A stretch of 64,000 nucleotides of DNA from Paraspadella gotoi (GCA_051294375.1 CM119263.1:9664432-9728431), one strand, 5' to 3'. Positions 48,044 through 62,526 are shown, counted from the first letter of the stretch. Numbers and translations: made by a program. Notes: generated from the sequence alone by a model not told the origin.

Positions 48044-51000
48044 TGTCATCCTCACCTTCCAAAGATCATTGTTGATGATGGAATCGTTAAGGGCTTGGTA
48101 GGGCGTGACTTGCGCTACTGGCAGCGAAGACGCCTGTCCATTTCCGGCGCTGATCCGAGGCGCCGATGGATCCGGCGACGGAGGGGGCGTGTCGTCGACT
48201 ACGACGCCGGAAGAATGTCGACTGGACGGCGCCCTCGAGAGCCATTCGCGATCGGCGTCGTTTTCGCCTTCGTCGTTCTTGTTCGGAATTTCGTTGTTGT
48301 TGTTGTGGTTAAGAAATTCTCGAGGTTTTGGTTCGGCGAGAGCGGGGCCGGAAATTTCTGAGGTGAACATTAATTGGTCTTCATATAAATGCACACGTTT
48401 TTAATATTTTTTTCTTTTTCAGAGAACTAAAGAAAAAAAATTTACTTTTGGAATAGGAAAATTTGGAAATTAGGTTTTAAATATGAGCCGTATGTACTCA
48501 GATGCATAGATGAAACAATTGAAACATATTTCTTATCCTATGTCACTATTTCTTACCCATGCGAATGGTGGGTGGCGACGCCGACGGCGAATCGGGATTA
48601 GAATCTGCGGACGACGACGACGACGACCTCGCCGGCGTCGACGTTGGTCTCGGGGGCGGAGGATGGGAGGGCGGAGGGGGTACTCGGCTTGGGGTCAACA
48701 AGGGGCTCGGGGCGGGTGAGGCGGACAGGGGGGCATCCAAGGACGCCGGGAGTGCATCCCGTGCTCGGGGTGGTGTGTCGGCAAAGGAAGGGGAGGGGGA
48801 AGGGAAGAGAGATAGTGATCCACCTCTGGCGAGTGTGAATCGCGGGGGAAAGGGGGTGAAAGTGGAAGGTAGAGGGGGGGGACAAAGGTGGTGGTGGAAC
48901 GAAGTGTCGTGTTAGTCACGATGTGCAAACTGTCGATCTACTCCCGCATTAATACTAAAAGATGGTCATTCTTCGGAAATGAGGAATGAGGATACAATAT
49001 AAGGAGAAAGTATACAAGGTTATCATGAAAATGCAAAGGATTAATACCCACGACCATGAAAAAAAAACGAAGAAATGGGGGATTAGGAAGTAAGGCAAAG
49101 AGCAAATAGTTATTTTTAATTTTAATATAAATTAATTTTTTGCAACAAAAAAACACGTAAACCCCCGATATTGATACTTATTAATTAATACAACACACTA
49201 TCGTTATTAAGTAATTTAGAACCCACAAATTCTTCTTTACATTTAGTTTTTTATTATGTTTACCGTATTTATTCGTTAAAACTCGCACCGAACGAGTAGA
49301 TAAACTAAAGGAGCGAAAAAGCCGCGTTTACCTTTGACACCGCCAGGCGGCGCGTCTTTTCCCGGCGTAGAAGCGTGATTCGGCGCGAATTTGGCGCCTT
49401 TCAAAATGGGCTTTATGGTGAAGGGGTTAGTATCGTGCGCGGGGGGCGTGGAGGGTGTGTGAGGGGCGGAAGAGGAAGAGGAAGTGCGGGTGGGTGACGG
49501 TTCCGTGTTAGTCTCCGCCTCCGCCGCCGCGTCGAACGCTCGCGGCGGCTTCTGCGGGGCTGAGCGGTGAAGATCTGCGCCGATAGCCGGGAGAGGGCGT
49601 GGCGACGGGAATTAGACGTTCGGTTTTTTTTTGTTTTTTTTTGGTTAGATTGGATAAAAATAAAAAAGACAAATGAGCAAAAGATACCAATACATAAGTT
49701 CAATAAACACCAACAAAGCGACACACTAAGGAAAATATGCAAGGCTGATAGGAGAAAAAAATTACACACTTTTGATGCACTGAGTTTGAGAAAAATTATA
49801 CGTCTGAAGAATCGATTAACAAAATCACCAAGCACAAAGCAAAGAATTTAAAGATTTATCATTATTTGAAATATTTGTCACGAGCAAAACGAACGAATTC
49901 AATTCATGCGGGGGAATTTTACTTATTAGAATTCATTTAATTTTTTTGCGAATTAACCTTCTTATTTGCTAATCTAAAAAATTCTTTAGGACTAAAATGG
50001 TTTTCATTGATTGTTGAGGATGGAAGCTCAATGATTTTCAACTTACAGATTCCTGATTGTCGACATCACATTCTCAGATTCGATTTATTCTGGATTTAAT
50101 TTGCATTGATTTCTTCGCCTCTCATTGGACGCTCCTCATTTCCTTTCTTTCCCTCTAAAAATATGCCACTTCGCAATTACCTGCGAACTTCAAGTTCGGA
50201 AAAAAAGCGCCGATTCTAGATCTACCGTCTTCGACGCCGGCGTCGTCGATCTCCCTGGGCGCCGATCTGCCTTCGGCCGGCGTCCTTTCAGTGGATCCGT
50301 TGCCGTCTCGGAAGCAGACTCGGCGCGACGCCGGACTCGACGGCGTCGGCGGCGTCGTCGCGGGCTCCGGAGATCTGCGCGTCTGCGACGGCGACATCGA
50401 GCGCGGGAGGGAGAGACCTTTGAGACGCGGCTCCATCGCTCGGCGCTGCAACTCGTCGTCGAAGGAGGAGATGATTGAAGGGCGCGTGGAAGGGAAGGGA
50501 CTCGGCGACGGACCCCGCGGCGATGGCGAAAGAGACGGCGTCGGCGACGATGGAAGATCCGAGGAACGAGTGTCCACGTTGCGGCGAAGAAGGGAAGGGT
50601 GTAGTCGGATGTCGAAAGAAGGGTCGAAGGCTGGCGCAGGAACCGGAGCGGGAGCGGCGGGAGCGGCGGGAGCGGCGGGAGCGGCGGGAGCGGCGGGAGC
50701 GGCGGGCGGAGCGAGTGAAACTTTGACGGTCTCGTCATCATCTTCGTCGCTGTCGGAATGACCCTCGATCTCTTCGTCGGAGGTCTCCGCGTCCGACGAG
50801 GCGTTGGAGATATCCGGGAGGCTGAACCGAATTCCGCGTTTCGGCAAAGTCGAGTCGGGTTGCTCGTCCACATCAGATGTAAGAGAACGACGATCGTTTG
50901 TTGTTTCGGGCGCCGTTAAAATCTCACCTGTAACCTCTTGATTACCTAACTCTGAATCCTTACAAACATTACCTACAATCAGTCTTTCTAGCTGTTCAGA

Positions 51001-53364
51001 CTTTTTCTCCTCCAATACTTCGTCAGGATGCACCACTAAAGATTCCTTCGACTTATCTGCAACGTCGCTAAAATCTGGAATCAACAGTTCATCGCGGAAC
51101 TTTGCTTCCAACAGCTTTTCTGGCATATTGTGAACTTCCTTTTCTTCTTCTTTATAAACTGCTTCCTCTTTTCCTTCCTCACCCTTCATTCTATCCATCT
51201 CAACTGCCCCTCGGTCCGTCTCATCCCCCTCGTCAAAGCTCTTCTCTCTCGCCACCTTGAATGTCTCCGATCCCCACCAACTCTTCCGTCTGTCGACCTC
51301 CTGAGATCCGGCGAATTCCCCGGGAAGGGAATGCCGAGGAAAAAACGTTCGGGGTGATTTGAAAGGGCTACCGTTATCGACATCGTTGTTAGTGGACATG
51401 CATCTAGTGTAGAAAGGTTTGGGACTAACTAAAGCGTAGGAAGCTGCCGACAGAAAAGAGTATTGAGAGGATTTGGCGGCCGCGGGTAAGACGCGGCCGG
51501 GGGAAGGGGCGGGGTCGACGTTAGGGGCCTCACCTTCGGAACAGGGGGACTGGGATCTGGGCGGGGGTAAGGGATCCCGCACGAGGGGCGTCTCGGCCGA
51601 CGAGGGAACGACGCCGGGGGCCGACGGCGGCGTCGTACGGCGGGGCGCCGGTTGTGGAGGCGGTGTAGAACGCCGCGGCGCCGGAATCGGCGCTGCTGAC
51701 ACCAGCGGCGCTGATTTCTTCGGAATCTCCGCTCGAAGCTCCACCTCTTCAACAATCTCGGGAGGGGGCTCTTCGAAGTCATCGAAGGGCTTGACTGGAT
51801 GGTTGGAGGTAGCCACTGGAGAGGGGCTCCACTGAATTGGGGAATTGAAGCTAAGTTCTTTAGGGGAAAAAGGGTTGGTAGGTTCGTCTTCGGGACTCAG
51901 CAGGTTTTTGGAAGACTCGGGGTTTAAGTCTTTGGGGGAGAATGGGTTGTTGGAAAATCGTTCTTCCGGTGACTCGGGAGAGTCTTGAATGTGCTCTTCA
52001 GGGGTGTTCGTAGAGCTGGAGGAGTGCTCTTCGGGAGTGTGATGAGAGTCGGAGGTCGCGAGTTTCTTTGAGGATTCTTCAACCAAATCCGAGTGCGAAT
52101 GGAAGTCGAAGAATCCCTTTGTTGAGGCTTTGAGATCGCCGTTCACCAAGCGCGTCGTCGACAACGACGATGTCGTCGAGGTGCCTGGAGAAGGTGTTGA
52201 AGGAATCGGGTGTAACTTTTAAATCAAATCAAGCGAATCGATTAAAATTTTTTTCAAGTGTCATAAACTTACTCGTGTCGGCTTCGTCATCTTCGTCGTC
52301 GCCGGATTCCCCGCCGGATATGACGGTTTCCGGCAAATCGTCCAACAGAAAATCCGGCAACTTCATGGAAAGTCGTTTGGACTTTGCTTGACTCGACGCC
52401 GGAAGTGACGACGTGATCGACGACGTTGATTTTAGGTCGTCTGGAGAAAGAATGACAAAAGTTATGCGACTTTAGTCAGTGATACTTAAACAGCAAGTAA
52501 ACATTTATTTATTAACATGAGATATATATTTTTTTTTACTCTGAGAAAGCAAATTGTACATTGCAATAGCGTACCGCCTTCCCGTAAGATTTTTTTGGTT
52601 TTATTTTTCTAAATTGTTAATTATCACTACGTTCCCTTGTCATCGTTTTAAAATTATTTAATTTAAATATTTAATTTATTTATTTAATATATTCAATTTT
52701 AACATTTGAATTAAATACTCACCCCTGTGCTTCTTGGAAGCGCTGCCGGTCGGGCTGAGAGGCCCCAGCCGAGAGAGCGGCACCCGTTCCATTCGGGGCG
52801 GCCCGTCCCCGTCCACGGACGACACGGGAGTCAGGAGACCGGGTCCGTCCATCTGGTCGTCGACATCATTTCGCGGCGTCAACCCCGACAGCAACGAAGG
52901 TCGAGCCGCGGAACGGGGAGGCTGCGCCCCGGATCGAGGACGTGGGGCTACGGTTGCCATGACGACGGAGGAACGCGACGGAGGGAGCGGATCGTCGAGT
53001 TTCTTCGAAGGCCTTGGGCTTGGAAGAACTACTCGATCGTCAAGGGCGTCGAGTTCATTTCCGGGCGACTCTACCGGAGATGCGATCGAAGATGGACGAG
53101 GTCCGTTCGCTAAGACGGATGCGATCGGAGATTGGATGGTCTTGGTTGCAACGGATGCAGTCGGAGAGGAAAGAATTCCGTTGGTCGCAACAGATGCAGT
53201 TGGAATCGAATTAACGACGTTGGTTACAGTTGCAGTCGAAGGGGAAGAAAGTTCTCTTCCTGCAACGGATGTGAAGGGAGACGTTTGAACTCCGTTGGTG
53301 GCGATCGAGGATGTGGGCGTGGAGAATGGGACGATCAGCTGATGATGAGAACTCGAGACCGATT
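46848..53364 (-). CDS. 3' exons of a large low-complexity scaffold ending in an IL-16/PDZD2/big-bang-type PDZ domain
   Basis: Exons 53364-52723, 52440-52273, 52184-50181, 49574-49332, (~48820 or ~48682)-48557 with uncertain acceptor, 48357-48056, 47919-47742, 47014-46848. C-terminal PDZ: TVTMEKGVFGLGMALEGGKDSPMGDQPIAIKRVFVG|GAA...GDIILSVHGRQLTGMTRPEAWQFLKGLPQGIVEMNILRKS. The EGGK and TRxEAW signatures match the last PDZ of IL-16/PDZD2. Confidence 0.85.
47098..47614. mobile_element. Foldback/MITE-like element with ~200-bp imperfect inverted arms in the last intron of the PDZ gene
   Basis: Left GAATAGTTGTTCATGAACAGTCTTGTAC, CATAGAAAATGTTAAAATTTT and TTTGAAAGCAGATTCG pair in reverse order with right GTACAAGCTTGTTCATGATCTACTATTC, AAAATTTTAACATTTTCTATG and CGAATCTGCTTTCAAA. 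Confidence 0.85.
50647..50707 (-). repeat. Coding 9-bp tandem repeat encoding (PAA)n
   Basis: (GCGGGAGCG)n on plus; the protein reads APPAAPAAPAAPAAPAAPAAPAP. Confidence 0.9.
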
Positions 53365-53422
53365 CTGGAAAGGATAATTTAGAGGCCGATGAGTCAAGCT
53401 GTCTAGAAAATATATATATATA

Positions 53423-53490
<68 letters not shown>

Positions 53491-54035
53491 CTTCCATTTC
53501 CAAATCCGTAAACACGAGTATCGTTTCCCTGCAGAATCCATTATCTCAGATTTTAGATCAAATTTTCACCCTTTTTCTCTTAGTTTATTTTTTTCTGATG
53601 GAAATCAGAAAAAAAGTGCAGAATGTAAAAAACAAAACGAAAAAAAATAATCAGTTGAAATAGGATTGCGATTAAAAATGATTGCCAAACATGTATGAAA
53701 ATTAAAATTAAAATTTCAAGAGTTTTATGTAAGATTAGCATAGGCTATATTTAAAAACATGAATATCATTTAGTCCAATAATTTAAATTAAGATGACGAA
53801 GACGAAGACGAAAATGATGACGACGACGATCACGACCAGCAGAGTAGGAGCATAAAAAAGGAGCAAAGAAGAATCTAATCTTGTTCAAACAATCTGTGAT
53901 AAAATTGGCCAAGAATATTCTTTTTTTCTTATTTCTTCATTTTCTCTCTTCATTTCGTTCGGATCAATTCTGGTCGAGATTTTTTAAATCAATTTCTCAA
54001 ACATTGAACTGCCTTTGAATTTTAGTCTTTTTGAG

Positions 54036-54138
<103 letters not shown>

Positions 54139-54613
54139 GACGTTCGGTATCTATTTGATAAGCGTGGATCTCATTGAGATCATATTTTTGTTTAGAATCC
54201 GACGTATCTCTCTCGAGGCCTGGAGTCGGAATTGAGAAAAAAAATACTTTTAAATAAATACTATCTTTTTTCTTTAATTTAAATTCTGCCAGCGTACGAA
54301 GGAAATTTAAAACTACTAGTGAGGCAGTAAAAAGAAATCAAGTTCACTTCATTTTTTATTCAGAATCACGAAATCTTAGCTGTGGCCCTCCCAATATACC
54401 CTTTTCTTTAAGACTTTTATAGCAGCGATAAATAACCGAACAATAATTAGTAATTACAATTTCTTGTTTTTGAGGTAAAGTTTCTTTGCAACTAAGATGA
54501 TCATTGATCAATCATGGTTCAGAAACATTCAAAGAAAACGTGACCATATTCAACTAGAATCAGACTTTGCAATCCAGCCTCTCAGCCTTTTTTTCTCTCT
54601 TCGTCGAACTCAC

Positions 54614-54743
54614 CTACGATTGCGCCTCTACCGTCCAAAGTCACGAACATTTGCGTCACAAATTTGACGCTGGTTTTCGGCGGAATCGATGTGATTCTCA
54701 GAGGCGGAACCGACGTCGTCGAAGTTGAATCCTCGAGTTTCAT
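54614..54743 (-). CDS. Candidate alternative first coding exon of the PDZ gene
   Basis: ATG-initiated MKLEDSTSTTSVPPLRITSIPPKTSVKFVTQMFVTLDGRGAIV ends at a G|GTGAG donor in phase 1, compatible with the acceptor at 53364. Confidence 0.45.
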
Positions 54744-55459
54744 TTTCGTGGATGAAATTCAATATCGGATTTTTCTTTTAGGAAAAAAAAACATCGGGTC
54801 CCTTCGACCCAAATTGGACAAATCTGGTGCTAAAGATGAGATGAGATGACGTTTGTTGAAATGAAGTTTATGGAATGTCAAATGTTCGAAGCGAGTATTT
54901 TCAAGTGCCTTTCTCACTCTTTTTCGGATAAATTAATCTTTGTTACCATCGATGGATAATTAGATTCAACGACTTGAAAAATGACGCTGATAAAAATTGA
55001 AGTGGAATAGCGATTTTATTTATTAGGGTTGAATCTATAAACTCTCCCAATAAAGTTGATATCTGTCGACAAGAAATAAAATCGTCGAAGGGCAAAAGTC
55101 AAATTGACTACAATTGATATCAGGGAAACTTATATCTCTTCTCGTTTTCGTTATCGTCATCGTCGTCTCCATTGTCACGCGCATTCCTTCGCTTCTCACG
55201 TCGTTTCTATTTTTTGTTTTGTTTTCTTTTTTTAATTCAGTAGAAAAAAAGAAGAAAATCTTCTTCCGTTCGACGAATTCGTTGAATCCAAAATAAGAGA
55301 GAATCTTTTCTCTCTTGACTGGAGTGAGTTCTCCCAATCCTTACCCTCTTCCTCCTCTCTCTCCCCTTCCTCTTCCTCCTGGCGAGAGAATTAAACTTAC
55401 CCGGTTTCGCGCTGTTCGAGCCTCGCCCGGATTCTTCGGGGTCATCGTCAATACTTTTT

Positions 55460-55527
<68 letters not shown>

Positions 55528-58500
55528 GTTACATGTCCATCTGATGCAAAATTTGACGCAAAATTGTGACGCAGATATTGACGTGAAACTTCTTTGGAGG
55601 TCAGAAAAAACAATTTGTTCATAATCTCAAAGTTAACTCAGGTTTTTCACGGCGTGTCTTGTCAAGTGAAAAAACAAACGAGGCGGATGTCAACGGTCTA
55701 AGTTCTCTCGCTTTCTTAATTGGCTCGTCGTTTCTGTTATGAGCGTCTTGTCTCGAAGCCGTTTCCTTTTCTTCGGTTTTTTTTTCACTTTCTCGTCCAT
55801 TCTTTTTTTTTTTAAGCCCACTTTTTTTCCGCTAGAATTAAGAAAGGTTTCTTTATATTTTTTTTCGTTTAAAGTCGTCGTTTCGAGATAACAATCTTTA
55901 AACGACTTTGTATATAAAGGGAAAAAATGTTCTTTTTTCTTTTTTCTCCGAGAGACTCTTAATCGCTTTTTTTTTCTTTTTTTCCCTTTTCTCTCACACG
56001 TTTCCCTTTTTCTTTCTCGCCCTTTCAGTTTCACTCTTTTTTTTTTGTTTCTCGCTCTGGTGAGTTTCGAATCCCCAGTTGGTTACTTTGTCCTTTCCTT
56101 TTTTTAATAAAACGACTATTCTTCTTTTTATACCCTTACATCGTTTTTCTAATTTCATCGAAAATATCGAAAATATCTTTCCGAGTTTGTATATGATTTT
56201 AGTTTGTTTTGTTGATCTCCATGTTTGTAGATGTTTATGATCTCGTTTTGAAAAGACGAAGACGATTTATTTACGTTCCGTCTTTTCGTCGGAGCAAATT
56301 CTAGCGGATGACCAAAAGTAAACAACTGATCTCGACCGATTCTCAAAAGACATTCCTGTTTTGAGAGTCCGCCTCCCCCCACGCCCTCGGGGATTGGGGT
56401 ATCCCCTTCTTACTGGGGGGCGTCTTTCTCCCCGGACACCCCCTATTTTTTGGGTCAAGTACCGACGACCCAAAGAGGCTCATCTTGTGACCAAATCATA
56501 AGAATTTGGAGAGTTACTTCCAGTGGTCATGACGTTTCCAACTGCCTCACGAACGCAAAATTAAGTGGTCGACGAAGGCCATTTGCAAAGTCAGAACTCA
56601 GCATTCTCTGCCTCTTGCACTAGAAGACTTTTTAAGAGATGGCAAGTGTATTCAATAGCCTATCGACGTCAGGCGTCACCGACAACGAACGACGACCGAA
56701 CTTTATTTCATACCCCTTTCATCCCTCTTGGTCACTCACTTTATCAATCAGTATATTGGAGTCAGTGTGGTAGCTTTCACGATTTGACAGGGTACTTTTT
56801 ATCAATTCGTTTACAGCAAGTGTGATTTCTTAAGAACGAAAATATATCAGTTCGGCTCAAACGGAGTCGAACTCTTCTTAACTTAGCAGTTGGGGGTGTT
56901 AAATTACGTGTCCTTCTTATATATCAACAATTATTATAATAAAAGAAAATATAATATTGGTTATATAAACATCATCACTTACCATCAGTAATCAGGTTAT
57001 CTAAAATTTTCATGAATTTTTTTCAAATTTGCTATTTTTTTTACAAATACGTCGCGGCGCCAAAGAATCTTTATTTGTTTATCACCAACTTGGTAATTAA
57101 CGGTTGGGACCGAAAAGAATTTGGCGAAAAAATGAAAAAGAACGAACGAAATCTTTTGGACGAGTTTTGAGGAAAAAAAAAACCAAGGCAAGGGAAAAAT
57201 AACAAGCTGAGATAATTATGCAAATCAGATTACCAAAGTCGATTTTTTCGTAAAGTTTCGCGACTCTTTATTCCAGTTTTAAACGCGAGAGAAGTCAAGA
57301 AGAAAGAAACAAAGATTTAAAAAACAGATTATGATTTTCCCAATTGTGTATAAACTTAGCTTACGCCATTTTAAACATTTCAGTTCATACCGAAGTGATG
57401 GTTGCGACGTTAATTAATGGGAGTCAAAACTGTTGCTCATCATTCACACCGGAGTAAAATCTCGAGACATTCGTTCACGCGCCGTTAAAGGATTTGTGTG
57501 ATTTTGTTGAGGTTGTTGGCTCGATGGTGAAAATGGATGAGGGTCAAGTTATGAAAAAAATACGAAAACTTGTGGGAAAAAAAGGGATTAAAAATTTAAG
57601 TTAACAGAAAGGGAAAAAATACGGGGGAAAAACATTAAAAAGGCAAGAAAGATAGATATCCGTATCACTCTATCTTGGATAAAAAGCCGAAAAAGAAAAA
57701 AAAATTATCTAAAAGCTATCTACAAAAAAAGGATTTAACACATGAATAGTTTGTTTGGCCAAAAAAACACAAACAAAGGAATTTATTCCCCTTACCCCCG
57801 TTCCGAGGGAGTGTGAACTTCGTGCATCGACTATTGATATGCATCATATAAGGGTTCTAAATCAACCTAATATAGATAAATCTTAATATATAAATATCGT
57901 GAACGGAATAAAATATCAGCTCACATCACAGCATCGCGGAAAAGTTAATTAGGCAGACAAGGTGCTGAAAGGGAAACCGGGTCTTTTCAGGGCATCGAGT
58001 CATCGTTAACTGCAAGAAAATAAGCCGAGAAGATACGTAAAAACGTAGAAGTCGATGTGAATCGAGACGCGATGGCGGTAACACCAAAGATCAAACCCGT
58101 CGGCCGAGGGAGAAGAAAACGAGTCACGTGAAAGGAAAGTCGAAGAGAGATTCACCGCAATGAAAAAATGACGAGAAATCTATTTTAATTACTTTTTATC
58201 AAAAGAAAAAACACCGAAAATAATTTTTTTTGAAAAAATTGTTTGCGTGTTTTTTTTTTTTCTTTTGATTTCGGTGATTTTAAAAATCCAGTTGTTTAGT
58301 ATTGAGTGATTTGGAGATAAGAGAAACCAAATCGTCTCTCGTTCCGCAGATGATTTCCTATACGAGCCGACTCCCCACCCCTTAACCCCCCCTTAACATC
58401 TTGAAAGAGGGCAAAAACTCCGTTGAGTTCGGATCGGGAGAAAGAGCCGACGAAAAACAGGGTCGAGATAAGAAACAAAACAAAAAATTCCGGTCACAAA

Positions 58501-59338
58501 ACAAGACGAAATGAAAGTCAGTTTGAAGAGGAGTTTACAATTTCATATTCCTTAACAGTTTAAGGAACATGAGTTCGCTTAGATAAAGAAAAAAAACAAA
58601 TGTTTAAATATAGTTAAATATAGTACAGTCGTGACGTAAACTTCAAGGAAACGACATGCCAACAGGCTTTCTTATTTTACAATTTATCATAAAGGGACGA
58701 ACAGACTAACAAATTCTTCGATATTCCCGACCTAAAATTGTACAAAGTTGTAAAGAGAAAGCGGCGTCGCTTGGATGTTTTGAATTTCTGTCGCTGGCGT
58801 CGCGTTTTTCGACAAAGTTTCGCGAAAAATTTGAAAAATTTCGAGAAAAAAAACAAGCTCGAAAGAAAAAAATGCCACAAGAAAAAAAGAAAACAACAAA
58901 TTTAGAGCAAAAAAGGTAACGAGGGAGATGATCGGGAAAAAAAATGGAAAGTAAATAAATGTTAAATAAAATACGCATGGAGATAAAAGCAAAAAAAGGT
59001 AAAAAAAAAGGAAAAGTGTGGAAAGAGAGAAGGAAACAAAACGTGTGAAAAGAAAGAAAAAGAAAAAAGAATGTCGAGAGAAAATAAATATGAAAAAAAA
59101 GGAAAGAAAATTTAGAAAGGGAAGATACTATGAGAAAGACGTGGAAAGATTCGACCGGGTGGCCGGTGAACATGAAGGGGAAGAAAAGCCGAAAAAAAAG
59201 ACGAGATCGCCGACGCCATCCGGAAGAATTTTTGTTTATCTTATTTCTTTTGCGCTTTGGGTCAGTTCAACGCTGCTGTCATTCGAAGCCAAAGAGAAAA
59301 TAATTCTGGTGTAACAGGACTTCGAATCTGAGTCCGAT

Positions 59339-59370
<32 letters not shown>

Positions 59371-62300
59371 ACGATGACGAATCCAACCGGTTTTCGAAAT
59401 AAAAGCTAATTGTTTCGGGCGAGGGAGTCTATATGGAGAAGCGAAGTAATGAACGGAAAATAAAGAGAATGAAAAAAAAAGTAAGGGAACGAAAGAACGA
59501 AAGAAGGAAAAGGTAAAAAAAGAATTGGACGATTAAACTCGAATATTTCGTGTTTTCCGAAACGAAAAAAGTTTTTTGCAGAATTTAGGGAGAAGCAGAA
59601 AATCGGAGGAGTGTGTGGAAAAGAATTAATATGATGATTATGAAACGAAAGAATTTAGGAAAAGGAGTGGAAAAATGGAGAAAATGTTGATGCTGCAAAC
59701 GGCGGAAAATAATAAATATTTATAGGAGAAGTAAAACGTTAATTAAAATTAACCTGAAAAAAAAAACGACAGCGCTGGTAATAGAAAATTTACGTTGTTT
59801 CTAATCGAAAAAAATTAAGAGGAAAATATTTCAAAAATCAGAAAAATTTCAAAAACAGAGAAACAATAATTCGAATTAAAAATTGAAATAGAGATAATTA
59901 GTTTTTGGCACGTAAGCTGTCGGAGCAAAGGTCGAAATGGGACCTAAAAATGGTTAAGTGCATTTTCTTTCATATCAAAACATTCTTTTAAACTTGTTAA
60001 AAGTAAATATTTCCCCTCCCCTACAAAAACCGTCTTCCAGCTTAAATTATTAAAAATTTTTTTAAAACTTTTTGGGTTCCTACTCTAGGAGAGAAAAACA
60101 AACTAAACACAATTTCGACGAAAGATGAAAAAAAAAACTAAAAATACGAGAAAGAAAATATGAATTTAACCGCAAACAATATTAGGTATATTAGGTAAAT
60201 AAATAAAAAAAGCCCAAAACATGAGAAAAGAAGCGCAAATGAAAACATAAAATAATAAAACGTAAAAGATTAAAACCGGCTGCGTCCGTAAGCGGATGTA
60301 TCGCGGGAGCGTTACCTGGCCACGTCGGTGACGGCAACGATGACGACGACCACGACGAAGACGACGACGAAAAACAACGACGATCAAAGATTGCGACAGA
60401 AGGAATAGCTTTTTGAATATCAATGACGGTGTTTCAGTTGGGTTCCAAACCATGCGACCATGTCAGTTTCACAATTGCAATATCACTTTTTGTTAAGTTA
60501 TGCTTGAGTCCTGATTCAGTCGACGACGACGACGACGACAATGAAATTCTATCAATCAACGCCATCAGCAGCCGGAAGTTGTCCACTAACTGTCTCTCTC
60601 TCTCTCTCTCTCCTGCTCTCTCTCGTCTTCTTCTTCTCTCTCCTCTCTTCCTCTCTCTCTCTCTCTCCTCCGCGTCTCAAATCCCTGACCAACAGATGAG
60701 AGTGCAAAAACTTTCCGGGTCACGAAACTGCTTTCAAAATCTTCAGCGCTGAAAATCGATTTCTCTTTCTTTCTCTCTCACTTTTACTCTCTCTTCTCTT
60801 TCTTTAATGTTTTATTAGTTCTTTCTCTTTTTCCTTTTCTCTTCAACTTCTCAACCCGTGGGAGTCGTTTCCACCTCCTGCCTTTAAATTTAAACTTAAT
60901 CCAAAGTCCAAAAAAATTTTTTTTTCGGGCTTTGATAACAGTTGAAACGATAGTGAAGTTTTTTTTTTAAATTGTGTATTGTTAAAAATGTTTAAAAGGA
61001 AAAGTAGCATCTGTAAGAAAATCTTTTTTGTGACATCGTTAAATATTATTTTTTTGGACAGCATTAGGTTCTTTCAAATGAAGCGGTGAGCAGATAAAAA
61101 TTGAAACGTGAGAAGATACGGTCAGATCCGGGCTGCGTCGCTGCGTCGTCGCTGCATTTGCTGCGTTGCTCTCGAAAAGTCATTTTAAACGCAAACTTTT
61201 TGGATATTTTTTTGGCCATGATGCGAAACTAATGCATCACGTGAATTTTGCGAAGGACGACGACGACGAAAACGACGACGACGAGGACGACGACGGAGAT
61301 GTTTGTTCTCCTCTTTAAAATCTCTCAATAACTCGACTCAAAAGGATCGATGCGATTCTCCCACCCTCTCTCTTCCCTTTTCTCCCCCCTCTCTCCCTTT
61401 CTCCGTTATACTCTCACTTTCTCTCTTCGTCTTCTTCATCCTCTTCTTCCTCTTGAGATAACGTGAGTCCATCGTTCACTCCCTTCACTTCTCATCTTTC
61501 CTTTTCTTTCTCATCTTTACTTTTCTTTCTCATCTTTCCTTGTCTTTCTCGTCTTTCCTTTTCTTTCTCGTCTTTCCTTTTCTTTCTCATCTTTCAAATT
61601 CCCATTTTTATATTTCCGCTTTTATTTTCCTTCTTCTACTTTTTCTTTTAAAATCCTTATTCATTTTTCCTCGGTTTACCAAACCTTGCAGCCCACCCAT
61701 CTTCCTTTAATATTCCTAGTCTTGATTTCTTTTCTCCTCTCTATATATCTAGAAAAAGACTTGCTCAAAGGAAATGTAGTAGTAAATGTATTCGAATAGA
61801 TTGCTTAGGTCCCAATTTGGATATAATATAGTTATAAAGTTTTTTCTGTTAGATTAAAAAACTTCGAATCTATGGTGCCTTATTCTAGAAAACAATATTC
61901 TGAAAATTGTTTATGCTTATTGTTCAATTTCGTTTGGTTAATTTAATATTTATGTCAAATTGTAGATCTATACAATTTTTGTGTCTACTTGTAGGTCTTT
62001 TTGTATGTACTGTTTGAACTATTTGTTGTAAACATAAAACAAAAAGTTGTCTATTTAATCTAAATTATTTTCTTTGCTGTCTTCTACTTTAGAAAACAAA
62101 GCCCGGAAAAAAAAAATTGTTTGACCGGACGACTGAAGTCGCATTTTAATCTTTTTTTAAAAAAATTGTCGTCTCAAAGCAAAGAAATTCGCGGATTCGA
62201 TAAAAAAAAATCGATTTGATTTGATAATCGATCGATCGATCTTTTCATTCGCGTGCAACATCAATCTCAAAAAAAAATTGTCTCAGAAGCGAAAAAAGCA

Positions 62301-62376
62301 GAAAAAAACAATAGAAATGAGCGACTTCAATGCGAGAGGGAGAAATCAATATTTCGCTCCGCATTAGAGAGAGAGA

Positions 62377-62408
<32 letters not shown>

Positions 62409-62482
62409 GGAGAGAGGAGAGAGAGAGAGAGAGAGAGAGAAGAGAGAGGAGAAGAAAGAGAGAAATTTAATCCAAAACAAAA

Positions 62483-62526
<44 letters not shown>

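Noticed and set aside
50190-53377. Long overlapping and antisense ORFs over the PDZ gene (likewise over whirlin and the Ig gene)
   Set aside because: Shadow ORFs from GC-rich, repetitive codon usage, with no domain-like content.
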